A stretch of 64,000 nucleotides of DNA from Octopus vulgaris (Eukaryota), in NCBI GenBank assembly GCA_951406725.2, contig OX597817.1:135718001-135782000 (forward strand), given 5' to 3'. A program made the position numbers and the translations under genes. The stretch's first letter is position 1. Every line of letters starts with the position of its first letter. Below the pieces are notes generated by a model, which did no database searches, was not told the origin of the DNA, and saw nothing but the letters and a program-made list of their open reading frames with translations. Shown here piece after piece: positions 53,241 through 64,000 of the stretch.

Positions 53241-54093
53241 ATTAACAAAAGATATTTCATAATTCAGGTCATTAGATAGATTTCATTTAAAATCATTGCG
53301 TTTTGATATTTATACATATGTGTGCGACTATATATGAATAATCAATAACGCACAGACATACACACGTACACACATCTATACTCACTCGTGCAAACGCGTC
53401 ACCGTGTATGCATAAACAGTAACCCACGTGCACAAATACATGCAGCTATACACGCACACACACAAACACACAGACACACACACAGACACACACAGACACA
53501 CACACAGACACACACATACGTATATATATATATGCATGCATACACATAGATATATACATCAGATATGGACATACATATGCGTACATAGATACATAAACAC
53601 ATAGCTATACACACAATGAAACAATCCACCACGAGTCGTTTGATGTCATCAGATAGTACCCCATTTGAGAAGATCAGTATTTTTTTTAACCCCCGTACAA
53701 ATTAATACTTGGTCCGTGAGATAGAATCTCCAGCAGTCGTTAAAACCATTTTCCTAATATAGGAATCGATCAGCTGGAACTCATACATATTTATCAAGAA
53801 TTTTATGTCTAGGAATACAAAAACAAGAAAACGAAAACAAGAACCCAAGAAACAAAGGAATTTTTGAGACACGTGTAGTCATCATATAAATATATGTATA
53901 TAGTTATATATGCGAGGTAACTTGTCAGTAAGTCAGTCAGTTGAGGAACTGACGCAGGCGTGTATATGCTTGTATTCATATATATTTGTGCTTCCAGTCC
54001 AAATAGACGTATGTTTAGTAACAGACAAATAGATAGAAAGTTCATATATATATATATAAGCACACACGTACATACATATATACGTATGTATGA

Positions 54094-54147
<54 letters not shown>

Positions 54148-54210
54148 AATATATATGTATATATGTATATATGTAGTGTATGTATATGTATGTAGGTATA
54201 TATATGTATG

Positions 54211-54269
<59 letters not shown>

Positions 54270-54273
<4 letters not shown>

Positions 54274-54770
54274 AGAAGTAAATGGGGGAATAGGCAAGTT
54301 AGAGAGATCAATATATAAAAATATATCGAATACATGAAACACGAAAAATGTATACATGTTTATATACAAAAAAAAAGATCCGACTTACACAGAATACAAA
54401 TGACAGAGAACTAAAGGGGTTGGAGAAAGGTATTAGAAAACCAAAAGCTGTTTCCTGGGGCTCGGTGTCCAAAATAATGTTTGTCGATTGATTCCATCGT
54501 AGGATGAGACGAGTCGTCGTCTTCAGGGAAAGAGAGTTTACATTATTGAGGTGATAAAGGAAAGAAGTTCAAAAATGGAAGTTCCATCTTTGAACTGCTT
54601 TCCAACAATTCTTGGATTTGTAATACTTTTCTCCAACACCTTTAATTCTCTGTATCATTTGTAAGTCGGAGCTCTTTATATGTAAACATATAAACTTTTT
54701 TTGTATTTCATGTATTTAATATACTTTATCTATTGATCTCTCTAACTGCTAATCCTACAGTTACTTTTAT
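54270..54770. mobile_element. Old fold-back element with decayed minus-strand HHR (54441-54530)
   Basis: gttagagagatcaata / tattgatctctctaac, tccgacttac / gtaagtcgga, ttggagaaa / tttctccaa; CTGAAGA...GAAACAGCT on minus. Confidence 0.7.
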
Positions 54771-54850
54771 ACTCGTTCAAGTTTAAATCTCTTGAACACT
54801 TCTAAGTGAATACTATACACAGAATATATGATTCTCATCTACGAACCATA

Positions 54851-54913
<63 letters not shown>

Positions 54914-54929
54914 CTTGCTTTTATTCTCT

Positions 54930-55300
<371 letters not shown>

Positions 55301-55331
55301 TGTTTTTTTATATAAACATATAGATAGAAAC

Positions 55332-55377
<46 letters not shown>

Positions 55378-55379
<2 letters not shown>

Positions 55380-55795
55380 TCTTTTACTCTTTTTACTCTT
55401 TTACTTGTTTCAGTCATTTGACTGCGGCCAAGCTGGAGCACCGCCTTTAGTCGAGCAAATCGACCCTAGGACTTATTCTTTGTAAGCCCGGTACTTATTC
55501 TATCGGTCTCTTTTGCCGAACCGCTAAGTTGCAGGGACATAAACACACCAGCATCGGTTGTCAAGTGATGTTGGGGGGACAAACAGACACACAAACACAC
55601 ACATACATATATATACATATACATATATACGACGGGTTTCTTTCAGTTTCCGTCTACCAAATCCACTCACAAGGCTTTGGTCGGCCCGAGGTTATAGTAG
55701 CAGACACTTGCCCATGGTGCCACGCAGTGGGAGTGAACCCGGAACCATGTGGTTGGTAAGCAAGCTACTTTACCACACAGCCACTCCTGCGCCTA
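55378..55795 (-). mobile_element. SINE family B, full length
   Basis: Head ggcgcaggagtggctgtgtggtaa, tail (TAAAAGAG)n. Confidence 0.92.
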
Positions 55796-55798
55796 TAT

Positions 55799-55862
<64 letters not shown>

Positions 55863-55863
55863 T

Positions 55864-55990
<127 letters not shown>

Positions 55991-56029
55991 CATATATATA
56001 TGATCTAACATGTCAACTACTGGCAACGG

Positions 56030-56235
56030 CTGAAAAGGTTCGACTCCCACAGAACAAAGACGGGGGAAGATATGCAGTGATGTACATCTGGAAATTCCTG
56101 GAAAGAGTTGTACCAAAAGTTGGCATTGAAAATTGCACAAACAGTAGAACGGGGCGCCACTTCATAGTCCCAATATCACCATCAACATACAGGACCAGAT
56201 GCTGCAGCAACTTGGGTTTCAAGCACCCACAGCTC

Positions 56236-56240
<5 letters not shown>
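56030..56240 (+). pseudogene. CR1-group LINE C-terminal relic
   Basis: [20 protein letters not shown], same family as 355-757. Confidence 0.75.
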
Positions 56241-56266
<26 letters not shown>

Positions 56267-56300
56267 GTGTATAGTTCTGCAAATCTTATTTTCTATGACG

Positions 56301-56365
56301 GTCACACTGAAGATTTGCAGGTATTTACGTAACGGAAATGGTAACAATGGAACCTGGTAAGTGAC
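56301..56365 (+). ncRNA. Degenerate type-I hammerhead in a microsatellite-flanked element
   Basis: GTCAC A CTGAAGA ... GAAC CTGG TA A GTGAC. Confidence 0.45.
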
Positions 56366-56577
56366 TAATCATTATATTTTGCATCTTTTCATTTGTCTTG
56401 CTTGCTTTACGTTCTGGCGTTTGCCGAATTTTTCTTGAGAACAATCTTCTTAGTGATCGGACCATTTGGGGTCTACATTTAGCATATTAGGAATCCACGT
56501 AGTGGTCATTCCTCTTATATGTATGAATGTATGTATGTATGTATGTATGTATGTATGTATGTATGTATGTATGTATG

Positions 56578-56608
<31 letters not shown>

Positions 56609-56625
56609 GCATATTTGTATATATG

Positions 56626-56760
<135 letters not shown>

Positions 56761-56801
56761 ACACACACATATATATACACATATATATATATATATATAT
56801 G

Positions 56802-56945
56802 AATTAGAGAAGAACCACCTTTTATCAATTGATAAAAGGTGGTTCTTCTCTAATTTATATACATATATTATATATTGTGAAATTTGATTTAGTATTACTA
56901 AATTGAACTTTTCCCTGCAAGTTTGGAATAATATTCCCTAATATA
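56802..56945 (+). mobile_element. Perfect 54-bp loopless palindrome (56802-56855) plus tail related to 20911-21295
   Basis: aattagagaagaaccaccttttatcaa|ttgataaaaggtggttcttctctaatt. Confidence 0.85.
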
Positions 56946-57075
56946 TCGACCCCAGTGCGTTACTGATACTTATTTAATCAACCCCGAAAGGATGAAAGGC
57001 AAAGTGGACCTCGGCGGAATTTGAACTCAGAACGTAGCGGCAGACGAAATACCGCTAAGCATTTCGCCCGGTGTG
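56945..57075 (-). mobile_element. SINE family A fragment
   Basis: Core and head on the minus strand. Confidence 0.85.
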
Positions 57076-57186
57076 CCATCTTATCATGGGTATCTACTCT
57101 TCCTTTTGTTTTGTTGTAACAAGTTTCTTTTCAGCACTTTTTGAATCAATTGAAGGCTGAGAGTGCATTGTACTGCTGAAACTTAC

Positions 57187-57220
57187 AATAATAATAATAA
57201 TAATAATAATGATAATAATG

Positions 57221-57290
<70 letters not shown>

Positions 57291-57435
57291 CATTGAAAAA
57301 TACCTTAGGAATGAGAACCCAGGTTCGAAAATTCCCCAAGACACCTGATGAAGAGTGGAGGGTATATCAGCCGAAACGTTGTGCTAACAACAAACAAGAT
57401 GAGGACAAATATCCGCCGAACGTAAATAACGTACG
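57187..57435 (+). mobile_element. Family K element ((AAT)n plus body) with HHR 57340-57385, stem II mutated
   Basis: GACAC CTGATGA A GAGTG...CAGCC GAAA CG TT GTGC. Confidence 0.85.
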
Positions 57436-57444
57436 AAGCTAATA

Positions 57445-57990
57445 TAATGAAAGATGGAGTAGACCCAAAGTGCCGGTACTGCAACGATGGGATAGAAACA
57501 GTAGACTACCTAATCTCTGGGTGTAGAGTTTTAGCACCTGTAGAGTATAAATCAAAACACGACAGAGTTGGCCAATATCTACACTGGATAATGAGTCGGC
57601 ATTATAAAATCAAAACTGCTGACAAATGGCACAAGCATCACCCTGAGGCTGTAACTGAGGGAGCAAAGATAACGATTCGTTGGGACTTTCCAGTACATAC
57701 AAACCGGACTATCCAAGCTAATAAACCAGATATTGTTGTAAAAGACCAAAATAATAAAGTCTGTTTATTGATTGACATGAGCATACCCTGTGACCTGTAA
57801 TATTTCGGCAAAAGAATTTGATAAGCTCAGAAAATATAAAGATTTGCTTATCGAAACCGAAAGGATGTGGCATCTCAAGATGGGTACAATACCAGTGATT
57901 GTAGGAGCACTTGGAATGGTCAAAACAGGAACTGAAAATAATTTGAGAATTGAAGAAGTGCACAAAATTGCCACACGCATTGAGAAGAGC
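57445..57990 (+). pseudogene. R4/Dong-type LINE CCHC plus RLE endonuclease relic
   Basis: KCRYCNDGIETVDYLISGC, KHDRV, WDFPV...NKPDIVV...LIDMSIP, KYKDL...IPVIVGALG. Confidence 0.92.
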
Positions 57991-58078
57991 ATTGTCGATG
58001 TGAATTTTCTTTTCTTTTCTCCTTTGTTTTTTTTTATTTCATTTTCCCCCCTATTTATAATTTTTTCTTTTTCCTTTT

Positions 58079-58122
<44 letters not shown>

Positions 58123-58231
58123 TGTAAATGAACAATCTGGTTGTTTATTTCAATGGCCTAACAATATATACAGTGAGTTTCTTTGCTCTGGGTGTCAGGA
58201 AGACACTCGGCAAGAAATGGAAACAAAATTC

Positions 58232-58271
<40 letters not shown>

Positions 58272-58299
58272 GAAGAAGAAGAAGAAGAAGAAGAAGGAA

Positions 58300-58765
58300 C
58301 ATGCTCACAGACACGACAGAGTTGGGACCTACATACAGTGGAAGCTATGCCAACATCATGGAATAACAACGGAAAAAGGATGGTATAGGCACACGCCAGA
58401 AAAAGTCACAGAAAACGAGAAACCAACCATACTTTGGGATATGCCAATACACATAGAGAAATTAAGGCCAACAGGCCAGATATAGTTGTCAGAGATCATG
58501 AAGAAAAAAATGCTTTCTAAATGGTATCAATACCAGAAGATGACAACGTTTCTCTATTCAGACAAATACATAACAAAAACACCAGGACTTACAAATATAT
58601 ATAACATACAGAAAATTGCACTACTGGGCACTGCACACATCCTACACAAAACACTTTTAATACAGTAACCATAAAGGCATCAAAACAAACCACAGCACAC
58701 ACCCAAGGCACAGAGTTGCGTTCGGTAGTGAAGTGAAAGTACGATATAAAAATAAAACTACGGAA
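58300..58765 (+). pseudogene. R4/Dong-type LINE 3' relic
   Basis: HRHDRVGTYIQWKLC...ILWDMPIH, IQKIALLGTAHIL; 3' UTR matches 50665-50780. Confidence 0.88.
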
Positions 58766-58909
58766 TAACAACAACAACAACAACAACAACAATAAATGTC
58801 CTGATCTATCTAATGACCTGAAATATGAAATATCTTTTGCTAATGATGATGATGATGATGGTGATGACGATAACGACGACAACAACAACAACAACAATAA
58901 TGATAATAG

Positions 58910-59462
58910 TAAATGCCCTGAGGCAGTGCCTCTCATGGCTTCTGATCTTAACTGATTGTGTTATCATGTACACTGTTTTGTCTTAGTATAAAAGATGCAA
59001 TACAGCAAATATTCTGCTCAATACCACAGATTTGCTTGTCAGTTGTTTGACCTTAACCAGTTTAGCCTGTCCCTTAGTGGCTGACGATATGTGCATCTCT
59101 GATCACGAGCAGAAGTAGTGGGGGAGCATCATAGCCATGTGTTGAGAGGAATTCTTTGAGGTTTGGATAATTCACCTTTGGAAACACGGGTATTTCGTTC
59201 AACATTCTTAAACAACCCTTATTCAGGGACCTTTTGGGCAGGATGGGCTACTCGACCTGAACAAAATTCTAACTGGGATTCCACCTGCAAGGTCATGTGT
59301 TGTTTATCTTGATATGAGATCACCATGTCGCGCACATATGGTTGTGATGCATGCGCCTAGTGTACCCTTATCAGGTGGGTAGTCGTGATGGGTATACTGG
59401 GCTTCGTCTATTTGTACCCCCAGTGTCACGTTGATGGCATGCACTGCTCTCTCACTCAACAA
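58910..59462 (+). mobile_element. Repeat family E, longest copy, non-coding, flanked by trinucleotide repeats
   Basis: Three copies in the window. Confidence 0.8.
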
Positions 59463-59725
59463 TATCATCATCATCATCATCATTATTGTTGTGGTTGTTG
59501 CTTTTTGTTACGTTTCGGTATTTCTTATCAGCACAAGCTTAGTTTAATTAAACAAGAAATTCGCCAATTTAGGCTAGAGTAATTCAACACACGCGTTTCT
59601 CTGCACAAAATGTCACTATGTAACGATTCTCCCTCTCTCTCTCTCACTCACTCACTCTCTCTCACTCACTCACTCTCTCTCTCAATCTCACTCTCTCACT
59701 CTCTCTCACTCTCTCTCTCTCTAAC

Positions 59726-59774
<49 letters not shown>

Positions 59775-60243
59775 ACAAGCGCCCTCACGCAACCGCATAG
59801 AAGCACACACAGAGAGCGACGCGTGGTCGTGTGATATTTCTCGAAAATGTATGCACTGACGCGCGCCTGCGCACAGGTACGCCTTAATGCATAGAGACAT
59901 ACGAACACTTTCGGTTATTTTTAATAACTAGACATGCAACACGTACGCAACACAGACGCACAGACGCACGCGCAATTGGCGCATTAGCACGTCGCCTACA
60001 GATTAGTCTATTTCTCTCTCTCTCTCCCTGTCTGTCTGTCTGTCTGTCTGTCTGTCTTTTCATGTATACATGTGTGTGTATGTGTGTGTGTGTGTGTGAG
60101 TATATGTATATATATGTATTATATATATGTATATATATACATACACACACATATGTATATATATGTATACACACATACAGACAGACGCACACACACACAC
60201 ATATGCATATACATATATACACATATACATATATACATACATA

Positions 60244-60297
<54 letters not shown>

Positions 60298-60384
60298 TAT
60301 GTATATATGTATATATATATATATATATAATATATATATATATATGTATGCATATATATAAATATATATATATATATATACATG

Positions 60385-60419
<35 letters not shown>

Positions 60420-60509
60420 ACATGTACACATAATTACGTATACACTCATATGTACATCGCTGCATACACACACATACATACGTACGCACGTACGCACGCG
60501 CACACACAT

Positions 60510-60540
<31 letters not shown>

Positions 60541-61719
60541 TACATACACACGCCCAAATCGAAATGTAATTTCCAGAGCTGACATCCGATGTTATCAGTG
60601 CGTTGCTGCTATTTCTATCCGTTGCCACTTTCTTCTGTCCGATGTCAAATCCACGCTCGTCGTCGTCGTTGCTGTTGCTGTTGTTGCTGTTGTTGTTGTT
60701 GTTGTTGTTGTTGCTGTTCATCAGATTAGATGTTGATAGTTTCGTATCTGATCATCTCATATCGTCTCCTTAACAAATCTAATAATAGCCAACCTTCCGC
60801 CTGCTTACCCGTCTTCAATGGATAATACCTCGACCACTACCTGTACCACCACCACCACCACCACCACCACCATCACATCCACCACCAGCGCCACCACCGC
60901 AACCGCCAACGCCACCACTATGGCCTGCATCATCGCCACCGGACCAGAATCCCGAAGACGGGATGACGATTCAAATAGTGATGTTAATAATGGTGTATAA
61001 TGACGGTGATGATGATGATGATGTTAGTGGTGGTGCTGGTGGGGGTGGGGGGTTCGAGACCGGAATGATCGTGATGGAGGCGGTGGGGATCGTTGCGGTG
61101 TTTGTGCTTTTTTTTGTTGTTGTTGTGGGGACGGCGGTGTTGTTGAGGCAACGAGTGAGGACATTGGTTTTCTTAGGGGAACGTGGTGGCAGCGATGGTG
61201 GTGGTCCTTTTGTAATGATGGTTTTCTCGTAGGTTGTAGTGGTAGTGCTGCGATGGCGGTGGTGACGGTGTTGCTATGGTGATGCTATTGGTGATGATGC
61301 TTTGGTGATGGGGGTGGTGATGTTAGTAATCATGCTGATTTCTAACATATTCGTGAAGTCACAGATTCGGAGTGGGGACGAGTTGAGGTGGAGTTAATAT
61401 CTATGTGTGGAATAGTAGTGTAATTAATGTTAGGCGGGAGGGGAGAAATGGAGAACTGCAGTCTTCTGAGTGTTAGTAAACCAATCCAGATCTTGTGGCC
61501 ACCTCTGCACCGCCAGCAATGTCCTTCAAACTCTCGCGGTGTTCTGTGCTAAAGGTGACCAGAACGCAGTCCTCAACAAACAGCATTTCTCTCACTGTGT
61601 TGTATGTGGTTTTAGCTTTGCTGTGTAACATCTTAAACAGGTTAGCATCGGGTCTTTTCTGTTTGTGCCTACCTCCTGTTTAACTGCAGAATTCCTCTTG
61701 GAGAATTATTGGTACTTAG

Positions 61720-61935
61720 AGTACCTGGCTGATGACAGTCAAGGCTGATCTGAAACCCAACCTAGGCCCTCATATCTACGGCGTTCGCCGCTGGAATAAG
61801 GAGTGGTTGGAGATCACGTGGTAGTTAGCCTCAGATCGCCAGGTCTGGTAGGCGTTTGTGAGAGATGCAGCGTTGAGGATGAATGAAGCCAGCTCAACCC
61901 ACCCCGGGTGAATGCTGTCTCAAGTCAAGTAGTGC
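61720..61935 (+). pseudogene. RTE-clade LINE 3' end relic
   Basis: WLMTVKADL...WLE...LASDRQVW*AFV, then a short UTR ending caagtcaagt. Confidence 0.7.
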
Positions 61936-61939
61936 CATT

Positions 61940-62500
61940 ACACCATCCTGCTTCACTTCTGTTACAACATAAAACTGTACAGAGTTTGATGTTCCCCTGC
62001 ATAACCTGACCCTTTATATTAATGTGTAGGGACTTGACCATGTAAGCGAATTTTTCCAGGTATCAGAACCATGTGAGTATCCACCTCATGTTCAACCGAT
62101 TTCCCGGGTTGAATGTTTTTGTTGAAGGAATGTAATGTTTTATTCTATTCAAAGCATTTCTCTAAAATGTGACAGGGACAGAATACTATCTCTATAATAT
62201 TTCTTCCTCATGTGAACCCATCTTGAATTTCGGACAAGACAAACTGCGATTTAACACTCAGCCTTTCAAGCAATATTATAACAGAAGGTTTTGATAGACT
62301 TGATTTCAGCCTATGACCTTTTTGCGTATAGGAACGATGTTTGCACATTTTCAGGCTCGATGGGACATCACCAGACTTCTAACATGTTTGGCTCCTTCAT
62401 TTTCCACAACTTTTGCTGAAACAAAACTCATCTCTGGTTTCTATCTCAAAACTGATCTGGTTACAATCACCTCCACCTCCAAACTTCTATACGATCATCC
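61940..62500 (-). pseudogene. Very decayed APE-type LINE RT relic
   Basis: Minus strand KCANIVPIRKK and traces of downstream RT motifs; many stops and shifts. Confidence 0.35.
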
Positions 62501-63697
62501 CCTGAAGTGCTCTGCTTAGAGTATTGTTGATCCGTTAAACCGATCTGTTGAGCGACTCTGAGTTTCATTTGTCATAGAAGCAACATAATTTCATTGAAAT
62601 CAATAGCAGTTTGCGGCTCGATTGTTTTACGATCCCTCTATTCTTGTTTCGTTCTGTATATGTATTATTGCAGTACCTTAGTGATTTCTTTGGATTAAGC
62701 AGAGATTGAATGGATGTCAGGAACCTGGAGATATTTCTAAGAAGCATGGTTGTATTACTCTAACAGTCAAGCACGAGACAATCAAGACAATCCTGATGTT
62801 TCTTGCTTGGCTTCCAAAACATTCCCTATTTCATTGGCTATGGTACAAAGAAGAGATCATCTTAAAATTATACTCCTGCGTTTTGTTGTTCTTTTTCCAG
62901 CTGTTTCAAAGCTTTGTGGACTGGTTAAGGAGGCCAATGGATATTTTGGTTAGGCGTCGTTGCCATACATAAACCAAATCGCATATAAAGTTTTTAACGT
63001 ATCACATTTATTTGCATAAATACACACAGACTGCGATAAAAATGCACACAGGATCACTGTCTACTCATAAATTACTGCTGAAATAAAACAGTTTAAAAAA
63101 ACCCTAACATTATTCGTAAATGAAACGGTTGATCAGATTACCTTTGGTCGTGATAGATGGGGCGCTTTAGAAAACGCGAGAAAATCGTTCATAAATTCCC
63201 TGGATTATTTGTAACAAATACGAAAAACTTTGACCGAGTCTTTATGAAATTAAAAAATATGATATAATATTTGATTGAAACATTTTCATCAACTGAAATC
63301 CAAATATGTTGGACGGACATGTGGAACGATAACCGCAGGCCATATATGGATCAGAAGAGAAATGGTTGAAGTAATAATAGATCCATCGTAGTTAGCAGGT
63401 AACTTTAAAAAATATAATAAAGACTGCTAGCCGCTAGAAATATCGGAATTGATAAAGAACCTACTTTATTGCTAAAACATATAGCCGGTATCCATGAGAT
63501 TGTGACAAGCAGGCACTTAAATAAATCCTGGTAGGCCTTCTATAACGAATAGCTGAAAATCACTTGATAAACGTCAGACTGGAACACAGAGCCATTTGTG
63601 AGCTGATGGCATTTGCAAACACCTAGCGTCAATGGCGCTTGTTTGATTTACGATTAAAATTCCCTAATATAATACTGTGAAATTAATTATAACAAAG

Positions 63698-64000
63698 CTG
63701 TGGAGGTGCAGTGGCCCAGCGTTTAGGGGCAGCGAACTCGCGGTTGTGGGATCGCGGTTTCGATTCCCAGACTGGGCGTTGGGAGTGTTTATTGAGCGAA
63801 AACACCTAAAGCTCCACGAGGCTCCGGCGGGGGTCGGTGGTGAACCCTGCTGTATTCTTTCACCACAATCTCCCCTCACTCTTTCTTCCTGTTTCTGCCG
63901 TACCTGTATTTCAAAGGGTCAGCCTTGTCACACACTGTCTCAAGCTGAATCTCTCCGAGAACTACATTAAGACTACACGTGTCTGTGGAGTGCTCAGCCA
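63698..64000 (+). mobile_element. SINE family C, cut by the window end
   Basis: tRNA head tggcccagcg / gtttcgattccc and family C body. Confidence 0.9.

Noticed and set aside
60818-61232. Thr-rich and Gly/Val-rich ORFs suggesting a mucin-like or membrane protein exon
   Set aside because: Built from degenerate (CAC)/(GGT)/(GAT) repeats; no evidence of a real exon

Overview
Gene-free, AT-rich eukaryotic (animal) DNA, almost entirely microsatellites plus transposable-element relics; the SINE and microsatellite content looks like a cephalopod (Octopus-like) genome, which is my inference. I found no host exon, and most long ORFs in the track are microsatellite read-throughs. The TE content includes: four tRNA-derived SINE families; relics of CR1, RTE, L1/Tx1, Jockey-like and R4/Dong-type (restriction-like endonuclease) LINEs; two mariner relics; a hAT-like MITE; and Penelope-like element (PLE) RT and GIY-YIG relics. 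The main signal is about 20 type-I 'minimal' hammerhead ribozyme (HHR) motifs, intact to degenerate, from many unrelated short element families. Most sit in or next to microsatellites, and many lie at or near the apex of fold-back (inverted-repeat) elements. Nearly all have a palindromic stem III (CG, ATAT, CATG, TATA, CGATCG, CCCGGG, CAGCTG). Several carry non-canonical catalytic cores: a compensatory G3-C8 swap, a likely U3-A8 swap, A6U and U4C. One is coupled to a tRNA-type Pol III promoter, and one lies directly behind a PLE GIY-YIG relic. All folds were assigned by eye, and element boundaries are approximate unless stated as exact.
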